A stretch of DNA of 64,000 nucleotides from an uncultured virus (IMG/VR IMGVR_UViG_3300032893_002794) (IMGVR_UViG_3300032893_002794); one strand, 5' to 3'. Positions 28,075 to 38,054 are shown, numbered from the stretch's first letter. Made by a program: numbers and translations. Notes: generated from the sequence alone by a model not told the origin.

Positions 28075-28554
28075 TCAGTTCAGGTATTTGCCCACGGACC
28101 GAGACGAGCGCCCGCGCTGCAGATCTCTCGCGTCCCTGCAGAGCCAGCACAGGCCGGCGTAGCTCGACCCCGCCAAGAACCCCAAGACCCAGTTGGGGCA
28201 GAACACCGCAGGATATTCGGCTCCCGGCGCGTAATCAGCCGTCGCTGCCTCGTAGGCGACAATCACCACGACGAGCGTGTAGACCACGAGCAGGACGGCG
28301 CAGAAGGTCCTCACAGCGATCTCCTGTTCCCCAAGATCGCCCGGGCCTGCGCCACCTCGGAGAGCTTCGCCCCCCCTCGGGTACCGGTCGGCGTAGGCGA
28401 GAAGCACCCGCAGGGAGTCGTCGAGCCCCCTCTCAACTCGGATGCTGCGGAGCTGAGCCGACCTCTCCGTCACGGTCATAGTTGACTCCAGCCGGGCGAC
28501 GTGCTCGAAGATCTCGTGGTCGAACAACTCGATATTCTTCCTGTCGGCAGGCAT
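28075..28554 (-). CDS. Chimeric membrane protein
   Basis: N-half resembles 27744-28073; C-half is nearly identical to 29170-29424. Confidence 0.5.
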   Translation of the reverse strand: MPADRKNIELFDHEIFEHVARLESTMTVTERSAQLRSIRVERGLDDSLRVLLAYADRYPRGGEALRGGAGPGDLGEQEIAVRTFCAVLLVVYTLVVVIVAYEAATADYAPGAEYPAVFCPNWVLGFLAGSSYAGLCWLCRDARDLQRGRSSRSVGKYLN

Positions 28555-28555
28555 C

Positions 28556-29185
28556 TCACTCCTGTTTGGCTGCCGACCTCTTGGAGGCCGACAGACGTGC
28601 TAGGCTGACTCGAACCCCGAACGGCTCTGCCACTATGAAGCTGGCTGCGCAGTCGTCGCTCTCGCAGACTACCGTCTGTCCGCTCCAGTCATATTCAGTC
28701 GCGCACTTGAGTCGCGACCCACAGTCGGGGCAGAGGCCTTCCCGCAGCCGATCGTTCTCCCTCGAGGTGCAGGGGCTCCCGACGGCTGACCTCTGCTCTC
28801 CACTGGAGTCGACGGCTAGCGTCCGAATTGTGTCGTGAGCGTCTCGCGCGATCTCTTCCAGACCACCTCGGATGAACATCGACAGTAGCCAGGACAGGCC
28901 CACAAACTCGACGACTGCGCAAGTGATCACCACCTTGATCCCCCAGGAGGTCGGCGGCAGTCTGAACCACTCTCGGCCGAGCTCGCATGCGGAAACCGCC
29001 GTGCAGGTGACGATCGCAGCGTACAGCATCCTCGCGACGTGCCTCCCCCTCCACAGGACCTTCATTCTAGTTCGCATGATTTGAGACTTCTCAGTTGCGG
29101 AAACCGCCGTGCAGGTGACGAACGCGGCGTACAGCATCCTCGCGACGTGCCTCCACCTCCACAGGACCTTCATTCTAGTTCGCAT
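28556..29185 (-). CDS. Membrane protein with duplicated N-terminus and Zn ribbon
   Basis: MRTRMKVLWR...CTAVSA occurs twice; CPDC...C. Confidence 0.55.
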   Translation of the reverse strand: MRTRMKVLWRWRHVARMLYAAFVTCTAVSATEKSQIMRTRMKVLWRGRHVARMLYAAIVTCTAVSACELGREWFRLPPTSWGIKVVITCAVVEFVGLSWLLSMFIRGGLEEIARDAHDTIRTLAVDSSGEQRSAVGSPCTSRENDRLREGLCPDCGSRLKCATEYDWSGQTVVCESDDCAASFIVAEPFGVRVSLARLSASKRSAAKQE

Positions 29186-29196
29186 GATTTGAGACT
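28988..29196. repeat. Tandem repeat, 2 x 101 bp, period 108
   Basis: 28988-29088 versus 29096-29196, three mismatches. Confidence 0.9.
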
Positions 29197-29424
29197 CCTC
29201 ACCGATTCAACCCTAACCAGTCGACCCTCTCGAGGGTGGCGGGACCGGTAGAGGTAGGCGAGCCCCGCGAACCCCAGCCCCGCCAAGAACCCCAAGACCC
29301 AGTTGGGGCAGAACACCGCAGGATATTCGGCTCCCGGCGCGTAATCAGCCGTCGTTGCCTCGTAGGCGACAATCACCACGACGAGCGTGTAGACCACGAG
29401 CAGGACGGCGCAGAAGGTCCTCAC
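29170..29424 (-). CDS. Small two-TM membrane protein
   Basis: FCAVLLVVYTLVVVIVAY and WVLGFLAGLGFAGLAYLY. Confidence 0.55.
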   Translation of the reverse strand: MRTFCAVLLVVYTLVVVIVAYEATTADYAPGAEYPAVFCPNWVLGFLAGLGFAGLAYLYRSRHPREGRLVRVESVRSLKSCELE

Positions 29425-30512
29425 AGCGATCTCCTGTTCCCCAAGATCGCCCGGGCCCGCGCCAGCTCGGAGAGCTTCGCTCCCCGCGGGTAGCAGAGAC
29501 CCTCATTGTGCTTAACAGCGTCGCGCAGGTACTGGCGCCAGTTGGGGGGTCCGCCCTCGCGGGCGTAGTAGAGGGCGAGCAGGATCTCCGCCCTGGCGCA
29601 CCCGAGCTCGGCGGAGCACGAGTACGCCTCAGCGACGGCCTGCCTCCCACGACCAAACTTCTCGCTGCACCTTCCCATTATGAGGTGAGCCCAGGCGGCG
29701 TCAGGGGCACATAATGACAGCCCCCGAAAGTTACCCACGAAGATCAAGATCGGCAGCCACGGGTCGACGTCCACCGCCTCGTCGGCCAAGTACATGCACA
29801 GGTGCGCGCTCGGGGCCTCGTCAGCCGACTCGAGGCGCTCGTACTCGCGGAGCAGCGTCTTGAAGTTCCGGTGCGGCAGCCTCGCCCCACGCCCCGCGCT
29901 GTCCCGCCGATCGTGAAATACTGCAACGTCGCCACCGACGTAGATCCAGTTCGTCGTCTTCCGGAGATGGTCCACGTTCTCGTGGCACACTTCCGAAAAC
30001 CTCACGCGGGGCTCGTTTCGCCAGAAGCGCGTGTAGCACTCGACTCGGTCCATGCTGTCATGGCCCCACACGTGGTAGGGACAGGCAGCCGCCACGACGC
30101 CTCGTCCGCACAAGTGCGTGGTCAGCCTGGCGACGTCCTCTTGCGTCCCCTCGTACACGTCGTCCGCGTCGAGCTTGCAGACATAGTCGCCAGTGCAGAG
30201 GTCGAGCCCGAGGTTGCGGGCGGCCGCGAAGTCGCGCAGGAGGGGCAGCCCCGTAAAAGTAGAGTCGAACTTGCGGCGCCACGACGACGGGACGTCAGGG
30301 AAGAAGAGATCTGGCCGAGAGAGGGGGCTTATGGCCACGCCGCTGCATCCGATCTTGAGGGCGTCGCATGCCCGCTTGATGATGTCGGGAGTGTTATCAA
30401 TGGACCCCGTGTCGACGAACACGACCTCAGTAGCGAAGCAGGCCACCGATCGGACGGCCCGCTCGACGACGGCGGCCCCGTCGCGAACCAGCATGTGCAC
30501 CGAGATCGTCAC
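29421..30512 (-). CDS. GT2 glycosyltransferase with C-terminal helical/TPR-like region
   Basis: ISVHMLVRD, VDTGSIDNT, DFAAARN, LDADD, VCHE. Confidence 0.88.
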   Translation of the reverse strand: MTISVHMLVRDGAAVVERAVRSVACFATEVVFVDTGSIDNTPDIIKRACDALKIGCSGVAISPLSRPDLFFPDVPSSWRRKFDSTFTGLPLLRDFAAARNLGLDLCTGDYVCKLDADDVYEGTQEDVARLTTHLCGRGVVAAACPYHVWGHDSMDRVECYTRFWRNEPRVRFSEVCHENVDHLRKTTNWIYVGGDVAVFHDRRDSAGRGARLPHRNFKTLLREYERLESADEAPSAHLCMYLADEAVDVDPWLPILIFVGNFRGLSLCAPDAAWAHLIMGRCSEKFGRGRQAVAEAYSCSAELGCARAEILLALYYAREGGPPNWRQYLRDAVKHNEGLCYPRGAKLSELARARAILGNRRSL

Positions 30513-31024
30513 GTCTTCTCCGTTCTCATCCCCAAGATCTGGTAGGGATCAGCTTTCTGGCACTCCTCGATTCGCTGAGCCCTGACCAGCTCGGCGACGA
30601 AGTCGAGGAGAGCTTCGCGCGAGATCGTCATCTCCACATTCGTTGGTGACACAGTGAATAACTTCGTGGCAGCATATCTCCTGTTGAGGAAGTAGGACTC
30701 GAGACCGTACTCCTGAGAGGTCAGGTAGGTCGTATCACAGTCTCGCTGAGCAGCACTGGCGATAGCCTGCAGAGTCGACTCGACCTCCTCTGCAGAGCCA
30801 TCCCCCACTTCCCAGGAGTCGAGATCATGATCGACTGCTCGCTCCTCTCCCTGAGCCGTCTTGTAGTGGGAGAGCTTCAGCCGGATGCACCTACCTGACA
30901 GCTGCCGGCGGAGCCACCCCTCGACCTGCTGAATTATTGGCCCGAGCTGCATCCTCACGACGCGGACGTCGCCCGAGACGCCATCATCGTAAAACAAGAA
31001 GCTCCCTGACTGGTATGGTCGCAT
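30509..31024 (-). CDS. Hypothetical protein
   Basis: Start MRPYQSG with AAGGAG RBS; AAQRDCD...YGLESY motif resembles 43255-43677. Confidence 0.5.
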   Translation of the reverse strand: MRPYQSGSFLFYDDGVSGDVRVVRMQLGPIIQQVEGWLRRQLSGRCIRLKLSHYKTAQGEERAVDHDLDSWEVGDGSAEEVESTLQAIASAAQRDCDTTYLTSQEYGLESYFLNRRYAATKLFTVSPTNVEMTISREALLDFVAELVRAQRIEECQKADPYQILGMRTEKT

Positions 31025-31026
31025 GG

Positions 31027-31698
31027 CTACTCCTTCGTCTCCACGAAGAACGTATCGACGATGTGGATCTTGTACCCGAGTCCCCTGGTGATGTACTGCG
31101 GGACGAGACCCCCGCCGGACGAGACGAGCTCTCGAGCCATCGCCAGGTCGTCGTGGCGGCACTGGTGCCACACAACGGAGTAGAGGTGCTGGCAGAAGGA
31201 CTCCTCTCCTGCCGACCTCGGCACCTCGGACAGCGGCTCGAGGTCCTCGATGTTCTTGACTGACAGCACCTCGCTTGGGTGAACAGGGTCCAACTTCAAG
31301 AACCTACGTCTGACTGCAATCCAGTGGTCAAGATCTTCGAGACGAGAGTGGCGCAGCAGGGACTCGAGGAGCTGCCAGGCGGTGAAATACTTGGACGAGC
31401 GGAGATCTTCGAGAGTCACGCAGTAGTCTTTGAGCTCCGAGGCCAGGTCTAGGGCGTGGATCTCCAAGGCCCGTCCGACGTTCCGGAACACATACCACCC
31501 TCGCTCCGGATCGTCGCCACCCCGAGTACTTCGGCACACGCGGAAAAAGCCCTCGTCGATAGTGCCGTTCACGATCTCGAGGTCAGCCGACCTCACCTTG
31601 CTGAGCCTCGAGACTGCCCCGAGCACGTTACCGCGCGTGAACATGCTAAACGTCACGTGGGCTCCCGGTCTCGGTCTACCGCCCACAAGAACGGACAC
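31027..31698 (-). CDS. Hypothetical protein
   Basis: 223-aa ORF in the operon; start uncertain. Confidence 0.5.
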   Translation of the reverse strand: MSVLVGGRPRPGAHVTFSMFTRGNVLGAVSRLSKVRSADLEIVNGTIDEGFFRVCRSTRGGDDPERGWYVFRNVGRALEIHALDLASELKDYCVTLEDLRSSKYFTAWQLLESLLRHSRLEDLDHWIAVRRRFLKLDPVHPSEVLSVKNIEDLEPLSEVPRSAGEESFCQHLYSVVWHQCRHDDLAMARELVSSGGGLVPQYITRGLGYKIHIVDTFFVETKE

Positions 31699-32504
31699 GC
31701 CAGCCTGAGAGCGAGCGTCCCGCCCGTCCCCAGGACGGACTCGGCGACCCCCGCGACCACGGCCAGGAGCAGGAGCGGGACCGTCGCCGCCACCACGGCG
31801 TAGTAGGTGACCTTTCGTCGCATGGGCTTCATCCTATCACCACAGAGTAGCAAATTGCAACCGCAGAGAATAGAGTGTCAAAGACGCGGGCGACTAGGCT
31901 GCGTCATCCGGGTCATCGTCATCGTCGCCGAGGTCCGGCACCCGCAGCCCGACGAGCCCTGATCGCTTTGACCGTGAGGCAGCCTGATCGCGCCTCTCGG
32001 CCGACTCGAGGGCCTCGAGCCTCGCGGGGCAGGTGGTCCACCTCGAGGTCGTGCAGTCGGTCACGTCGCAGTCCTCGCATCCCTCCATGTCGCGCGGCAG
32101 GGGCCTTATGCGCTTCGAGACGGCACCGAATATCCGGCCCGGCAACTCAGTCAGGTACTTCAGCATGGAGATCCTCCTAGCAGACCATTGGTCACCCGCT
32201 CGGCCGCCCTCGCGGCGGCGTAGAGACACTTCCTGCCAACTGGCGAAACGTCTCGTCTCTGACATAGGATATCTTGCCTCTGACAAAGGACGAGATCTCT
32301 TCGCCGATGAGCTTTTCGAGAGATATGCAGAGATCGTCAAAAGCCGTGCGGAGAGCAACTTCAGCGAGAATCTCGTACTGACTCAATCCGTGAGCATCCC
32401 AGGCTAGCGGGAAGCCCGTCAACTTTCCCGCCTCCCGCCCTGACTGAACTTTCTTTGCCATTGCCATCGCTACTCTCGTGATCACGTCGCGCATGAGATC
32501 TCCT

Positions 32505-33701
32505 TCAGCAGACGATGGTCACTCGATCGGCTGCCCTCGTGACGGCGGTGTAGAGCCACTCCCTGCGGCCCTGCCCGCGCCACTCGTCGACTATGACGAC
32601 GTGGTCCCACTCGGAGCCCTGCGCCTTGTGGACCGTGAGGGCGTAGCCGTAGTCGAGCTCGTTCGCGAGCCGCCTCTCTCCGGGATCCATCTCCACGGGA
32701 CCCCCCTCGAAGAACTTCTTGTGGGCGAAGCATCGCACGATCGTCCTCTCGTCGTCGCGCAGGGCGAGCTCGAGGTACGATGTCCTGACGCACGCGCGTA
32801 CGACTGTGAAGATCTGGCCGTTGAGCAGGCCGTCCTCGTAGTTGTTCCGCAGGCAGACGAGCTTGTCGCCCGACACCGGCATGTCGCGTACGCGACCAGC
32901 TCGCTTCCGCATGCGGTCGTTGCACATGCGCCTCGTGCTGTTCATGCCGACCAGCACCTGGTCTGACCCGAGCATCATGTCCACGAGCTCGTTGCTGAAT
33001 TTCTGCGGGCCTTGCATGACCCTGCTCGTGCCGTAGGTCCCTATGGGGATCTCCTTACCCTCGCGCACTATGGTAGCGAGGTGGATGACGGGGCTCTCCT
33101 GCGCCTGGCGGTGCACCTCGGTGAGCAGGTAGTCCGGAGCGCCGTCGAAGTAGCACCTGCCCTTGACGGGAGGGAGCTGTCCCGGGTCGCCGAGCGCCAG
33201 CACCGGGCACCCGAACGACAGGAGATCTTCCCCCACCTGACGATCCACCATGCTGTACTCGTCGACCACGACGAGCGAGGCCGTATTGAGCACGCTGTCG
33301 AGGTTCAGGTGGAAGTCGGGCCTCGCCAGGTTCTGCTGCTCGGCCGCGATCTCAGCCTCGACCTTGGCTATCTCGGCGGCCGGCCTCGGCAACCTCCTCT
33401 CGAGCTGAACCTTCTGCAGTCGCAGATCACGCAGGTGATCGTCGCACTTGTCCCTGGGGACGTAGATGAGCCGGTGGATCGTGCTGGCGGTGGGCACCCC
33501 CTTCCGCCGCAGCACCAAGGCCGCCTTGCCCGTGTAGGCAGCGAAGTAGACCTGCCCGGGCCAGCTCGCCACCAGGTGGCGGGCCAGCGTCGTCTTGCCC
33601 GTGCCGGCGTAGCCGGCGAGGCAGAAGTACGGCCGGTCGCGAGCCTTGCGCCAGGCCTCGACTTGGCGCAGTGCCTCTTCCTGCTGTCTCGACCACTTCA
33701 T
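32505..33701 (-). CDS. SF1B DNA helicase (Dda/RecD2-like)
   Basis: GYAGTGKTT, TIHRLIY, VDEYSMV, GDPGQLPPV, LTEVHRQ, YALTVHKAQGSEW, LYTAVTRA. Confidence 0.93.
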   Translation of the reverse strand: MKWSRQQEEALRQVEAWRKARDRPYFCLAGYAGTGKTTLARHLVASWPGQVYFAAYTGKAALVLRRKGVPTASTIHRLIYVPRDKCDDHLRDLRLQKVQLERRLPRPAAEIAKVEAEIAAEQQNLARPDFHLNLDSVLNTASLVVVDEYSMVDRQVGEDLLSFGCPVLALGDPGQLPPVKGRCYFDGAPDYLLTEVHRQAQESPVIHLATIVREGKEIPIGTYGTSRVMQGPQKFSNELVDMMLGSDQVLVGMNSTRRMCNDRMRKRAGRVRDMPVSGDKLVCLRNNYEDGLLNGQIFTVVRACVRTSYLELALRDDERTIVRCFAHKKFFEGGPVEMDPGERRLANELDYGYALTVHKAQGSEWDHVVIVDEWRGQGRREWLYTAVTRAADRVTIVC

Positions 33702-33709
33702 AACCAGTG

Positions 33710-33738
33710 ATACTAGCCCAGCCAGAAGATAGTGTCAA
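33710..33738 (-). promoter_or_regulatory. Sigma70-type promoter
   Basis: TTGACA-N17-TAGTAT, 8 nt upstream of the helicase ATG. Confidence 0.65.
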
Positions 33739-33880
33739 ACATAAAAAAGCTCAACCGTCTCGCGGGCGCGGCTCACTTACCTCGCTCGCCGCGCTTGCCT
33801 TCACGATCTTGATCGTCCTCCTCAGGGTCACGTTCCGGTCGTCTCTCGTCATGTTGAGTCTCCTCTTTCAATCAGATCGG

Positions 33881-34738
33881 TTATCGTCCCTCGAGCTTCG
33901 CCTTCTTATCAACCGATGTCAGAATCGTCCATGCAGTTGCAGCCACTGCCGGAACCTGACCGTTTCCAATGGCTCTAAGTCGGTCCATCCGAGAGGCCAC
34001 CCCATTAGCCACTCTACCCACGTCGGGTTCAATTGACCACCAACTCGAGTCGGTAAATCGTCGTCGCACCTCGGGCGCTCTTTCCCCAGCGACCGAGTCG
34101 ATGGTCCCTTGTAATCCGTGGCATTCGGAGTAGGCCACGTGTTGTTCTTGGCCATTGACGCCAGCGATTCCCTTGTCTTGCCGACTCTCCCAGCAGCACC
34201 CCCGCGGTTGCTCCCGTAACTGCACGCCGACAGAGTGGGCAACAACCCACATTCGTTTTCGTAAGTGTGGAGCACCAACCTCTCTCGCGGAAAGCACCAT
34301 CCACTCCGCATCGTACCCGAGGACGGCAAGATCTTTGAGGACTCGCACAAGTCCATGACCGCGCAGGAGGGGAGAGTTTTCGATAAACGCAAACCTTGGT
34401 TTAACCTCTCCGATGATCCTGGCGTATTCTCTCCACAATCCGCTGCGTTTTCCTGAGATCCCTGTCTTTTTTCCAGCTGCGCTAATGTCCTGACACGGGA
34501 ATCCTCCACTGATGACGTCAACTCGTCCTCGCCATGGTTTTCCGTCGAACGTGCACACGTCGTCCCAGATTGGGAACCGCGGCAATATCCCGTCTCGCTG
34601 TCTGCTGAGCAGGATGCTCCGGCAGTAGGGATCAATCTCAACAGCACAGACGGTGCGCCATCCAAGGAGTTTTCCTCCCAAGATGCCTCCCCCTGCCCCA
34701 GCAAATAGTGCCAACTCATTCAGAAGTTCTCCGACCAT
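33881..34738 (-). CDS. C5-cytosine DNA methyltransferase, large subunit (motifs I-VIII and X)
   Basis: LFAGAGG (I), GGFPCQDIS (IV), ENSP (VI), HLRKRMW (VIII), RLRAIGNGQVP (X); no motif IX. Confidence 0.9.
   Translation of the reverse strand: MVGELLNELALFAGAGGGILGGKLLGWRTVCAVEIDPYCRSILLSRQRDGILPRFPIWDDVCTFDGKPWRGRVDVISGGFPCQDISAAGKKTGISGKRSGLWREYARIIGEVKPRFAFIENSPLLRGHGLVRVLKDLAVLGYDAEWMVLSAREVGAPHLRKRMWVVAHSVGVQLREQPRGCCWESRQDKGIAGVNGQEQHVAYSECHGLQGTIDSVAGERAPEVRRRFTDSSWWSIEPDVGRVANGVASRMDRLRAIGNGQVPAVAATAWTILTSVDKKAKLEGR
33919..34719 (-). CDS. Nested alternative-frame ORF, putative MTase second subunit (target-recognition region plus motif IX)
   Basis: 266 aa, lying fully inside the MTase gene in another frame; LPTLSA and WPTPNATDYKG repeats; LNPTWVEWLMGWPLGWT. 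Confidence 0.75.
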   Translation of the reverse strand: MSWHYLLGQGEASWEENSLDGAPSVLLRLIPTAGASCSADSETGYCRGSQSGTTCARSTENHGEDELTSSVEDSRVRTLAQLEKRQGSQENAADCGENTPGSSERLNQGLRLSKTLPSCAVMDLCESSKILPSSGTMRSGWCFPRERLVLHTYENECGLLPTLSACSYGSNRGGAAGRVGKTRESLASMAKNNTWPTPNATDYKGPSTRSLGKERPRCDDDLPTRVGGQLNPTWVEWLMGWPLGWTDLEPLETVRFRQWLQLHGRF

Positions 34739-34765
34739 GATTAAATACTACTTGGGTCTCCTCTC

Positions 34766-35131
34766 TCAACCAGGTGAGTGTCTCATCCTGGCGGCCACCG
34801 ATCTTATCCCCCTCGGATCGGGCGAGTAGGCCCAGGCCACCAGCGCCAAGTGGCGGCGAGTCGGGCGCCTGAGCGCCTCGGCCCGACTGTCGTAAAGGGG
34901 TTCATCGTTGGCGACGAGCTGGGCCATGTGGCGGGCGATGAAGGCGCAACGGCGCTGCCGCCACTTGGCGGGGAGCCGGCGCGCGTCTCCGCCCGAGCGC
35001 CGGTAGGCGCTCAAGAACCCCCGGGGAGATCGCGCGATCTCCGAGACCCCGAGCTCCTTCATCAGGGGCACGAGCGCCTCGACAGTGGTCAAGTCCAAAA
35101 ACTCGTGGTCGGTATCAGCCTTCTGGTTCAT
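34766..35131 (-). CDS. Hypothetical protein
   Basis: GVSEIARSPRGFLSAY...RPTRRHLALVAWAYSP; AAGGAGG RBS. Confidence 0.6.
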   Translation of the reverse strand: MNQKADTDHEFLDLTTVEALVPLMKELGVSEIARSPRGFLSAYRRSGGDARRLPAKWRQRRCAFIARHMAQLVANDEPLYDSRAEALRRPTRRHLALVAWAYSPDPRGIRSVAARMRHSPG

Positions 35132-35372
35132 GCTTATCCGCCTCCTTCAGGAGCTTTGCAGCCACAACCATGCACGCTCCGCAGATGTAAACCTCAACGT
35201 TGTCGAGGCCTGCTGCCACCTCACCCAGTCGTACCACTTTCTGCCTGGCCGACCCGCAGAAGCTGCAGTAGTAGTCCTCAAGCTTCATCGCGGACAAGTC
35301 CTCAACTACTGGTCGTACTGCTCGATGTATTTCCAGCTCACCGACTTTTTCGAGAAGCTCTCTCTTGCTCAT
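35115..35372 (-). CDS. Stand-alone ClpX-type C4 zinc-finger protein
   Basis: CSFCGSARQKVVRL...VYICGAC. Confidence 0.75.
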   Translation of the reverse strand: MSKRELLEKVGELEIHRAVRPVVEDLSAMKLEDYYCSFCGSARQKVVRLGEVAAGLDNVEVYICGACMVVAAKLLKEADKHEPEG

Positions 35373-35872
35373 GAGCTCGTTCCTCCAGTCTCCAGAGAAC
35401 GAGCAACAGCCGATCCTGCCAGAGCCACGTGGTACGCGAGCTCGACGGGTGGCCAGGGCAATGGCACACCGGCTTTTGCCATCGTCTCGAACACCTGGAG
35501 CCCCATAGCCTCTGGCGTCTCCTCCACGAGCCACTCCCTCTCAGGGTGTTCCGCGCGGAAGGTAGCTACCTCGGACCGGAGCCGCTTCCTGGCGGTGCCC
35601 TGCCAGTAGAGCACGCAGCGGAGCTGCCGATCGCTCCAGTCCGGGTGTGTGGACCGCATCCGAGCGACATGCTCACCGAGGGGGAACGCCGAGTAGATCG
35701 CGTAGAAGGGACCAGCGTAGTCGAACACCCGGTAGAGGTGTCTAGCCCTCGGAGGACATCGCTCGGCTACCCCGAAGTTCGGACAGCCGCGCGGGTGACC
35801 CTCATAGGGACGGCAGCACAGGCCGCGCACCCTCTCGTCGACTACCGGAATGACCAGCAAGCTCGGCATCAC
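35369..35872 (-). CDS. Predicted metal-binding protein (DUF2284-like)
   Basis: C...GCPNFG...CPP and PEAMGLQVFETM. Confidence 0.6.
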   Translation of the reverse strand: MMPSLLVIPVVDERVRGLCCRPYEGHPRGCPNFGVAERCPPRARHLYRVFDYAGPFYAIYSAFPLGEHVARMRSTHPDWSDRQLRCVLYWQGTARKRLRSEVATFRAEHPEREWLVEETPEAMGLQVFETMAKAGVPLPWPPVELAYHVALAGSAVARSLETGGTSS

Positions 35873-36935
35873 TACCTTCTCCTCGCTTGCTGCGATCCCA
35901 GCGAGATAGACGCCATGGCCGCCAACTGCAGGACAACCGAGTATGGAATGCGCCGACTAATCTTCTTCTCGGGTGGTGGTTGAAGATTCGGTACCTTCGG
36001 CTTATCCACGTCCCAAGGCCTGCCGGCCTCGCGGGCCAGCCTACGCATCTTCGCTTCACCCATCTCTAGTGCTCCTGTTCGCGGAATATTTCTCCATGGT
36101 AGACGCTATTAAAGACAGTACGGAGCGCAAGTCCTCGCAGTGTGAGCACCTGCACTCGTGGTCGCACCCCTCGGCTACCTGCAGATCGTGGTGTGGGGCG
36201 AGCAGTCTCTCAACGAGCTCCTTGACAGGAGTCATGCTCTCGCGGACCAGCGCCAGCTCGAGATCGCCGAGTCGCTCGGGCAGGCTCGGGAAGTAGACCC
36301 GCGCCAGTCGGTGCAGGATGCGGCGTAGCAGCTCAGCGACACTCGCCAAGTCTCTCGCGTTCTCCCGATACCTACGATCACGCCCTACCACGCTTCTCCT
36401 TCACGGTCTTCACGACCGACAGCCCTACGGCAGTCAGCTTCCAGACTCGGTGCTTGCCGTCCTCCGTATACGAGTCGACCACCAGATGCATCCTCCGCAG
36501 GGCCGTGAGAGTGCGTCCTCCCTCCCTGGCGCTCGTCTGGTGGCCGTAGGAAGATTTCCTTCCCGTGAGGGCCGCACCCACGATGGTACAGGTGGCTTCC
36601 CCTCGATACCTCTCGACGAGCAGCAGAGCTTTCTCCTGATGTGGTGTTAGCACCGGACGCAGCCACCCCGCTGAAAAAAGGTCAAGACGCTGCTTCTTTA
36701 TGCTCTCGGCCTCCCTCTTGGTGGCGAACGGTCCGTAATCAGGAGGGTCGTGCCTGTAGCCATGCTCCGTGGGCCAGACCTTCGCCAGATACCAACCCTC
36801 GAGTAGAGACCCGCGACCGTTGACGTGTACCACCCGGACGTGCGTCCGACGATGCCCTACCGTCACGCTAGTCCTAGTGGTGAGCATCATGGCAGCACAT
36901 AGTATGGAGGGTCCTGCGCATCTTCGCTTCACCCA

Positions 36936-37865
36936 TCAGCTTCTCTCCTCTTCGATATTAGAATCCTCGTTCGCGTACTTAAGTCCCGACACCACTCGAG
37001 CACCCTCAGGGGTCAGTCTCCAGGTTGCACGGTCCCCTCCCTCCCCTTCGGCTTGGCTTGGAGACTCGTGCATGCCGCACGAGTCGCACCGACTGCCGCC
37101 CTCACAGCAGCACCCCTCGGCGGAGTAGTTGCCGTCTGCCAGGTGGTGCGAGCAGTAGCTCGGAGCCTCATCAGCAGGTCCGAGTCTCCTCCACCGCAAA
37201 CCCTCGGTCTTCCACGTGAGCAATATGATGCTCGACGATCTTCCATGCGCATCCTCGTGACGAATCGCGCTCATCGTCGAGGAGGACACACCGTCGGTAG
37301 AGATCACCTTCCCTACGACACCGTCAAACATCACCCTCGTCCCGACGGTCGGGGGCACCCAACCTTCAGGAGATCGTACCGCCTGGTGATCATCCCAGTC
37401 TACCCTTCCCCAGTCACCGAGCCTCCTGTCCATCTCGGCCTCGGTCTCGGGGGCGAGGTGGAGGTCGCAGACCATCCTCAAGTACAGGTGGTTCCACCTC
37501 GACCTTACTACGGCATCCGGGTGCTTGTAGCCAAGTATCTCCGCCCCGTGCATGAGGTGCGAGAGGTAGTGGTGGGGCAGCTCGTCGATCTTGTATAAGA
37601 ACTTCAGCACCACCTCCCGCCAGGTGCGGTCGTCGCCGAACAGCGTCAGGCTCATGAACGAGTCGCCGCCCTCCACTGGCCGCAGCTCGCGCCCGTAGCG
37701 GCCGGCTAAGAGCACGCAAGCGCGGTAGGCCCGCTGCACGTCCTTGCAGGGATGATCTTTGGCGACGCCGTCCGGCCCGCGGGTCGCGAGAAACAGCACG
37801 GACTGCTGCTGGAGCGGCAGGTCCGCGCACCACGATGGCTGCACCGACAGTCTCTTCTTGGTCAT
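36936..37865 (-). CDS. Hypothetical phage protein
   Basis: 309 aa; QQSVLFLATRGPDG...DELPHHY...HGAEILGYKHP. Confidence 0.6.
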   Translation of the reverse strand: MTKKRLSVQPSWCADLPLQQQSVLFLATRGPDGVAKDHPCKDVQRAYRACVLLAGRYGRELRPVEGGDSFMSLTLFGDDRTWREVVLKFLYKIDELPHHYLSHLMHGAEILGYKHPDAVVRSRWNHLYLRMVCDLHLAPETEAEMDRRLGDWGRVDWDDHQAVRSPEGWVPPTVGTRVMFDGVVGKVISTDGVSSSTMSAIRHEDAHGRSSSIILLTWKTEGLRWRRLGPADEAPSYCSHHLADGNYSAEGCCCEGGSRCDSCGMHESPSQAEGEGGDRATWRLTPEGARVVSGLKYANEDSNIEEERS

Positions 37866-38054
37866 GTCTCCTCCGACAGGTTTTCGTCCTGCTGCCGCAG
37901 CTCTCGGAGCTCTCCCTCGCCGGCGGCTATCCGGTCTTCGAGCATGATCTGGATGTCTCGCAGGCCCTCGTAGAACTCGGGCAGCGAGACCTTCGCGGCC
38001 TCGGCCCTCCGTATGAGGTCAGCACCCATCTGCTCGAACATCGACTGCGTCATC

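Larger units (their letters stand above)
28168..29492. repeat. ~215-bp near-identical direct repeat (about 28168-28383 and 29278-29492)
   Basis: The same sequence CCCCGCCAAGAACCCCAAGACCCAGTTGGGG...AGAGCTTCGC recurs at an offset of 1110 bp with few mismatches. Confidence 0.9.

Noticed and set aside
28168..29492. Possible diversity-generating retroelement TR/VR pair
   Set aside because: Mismatches are few and not adenine-specific, and there is no reverse transcriptase in the window.
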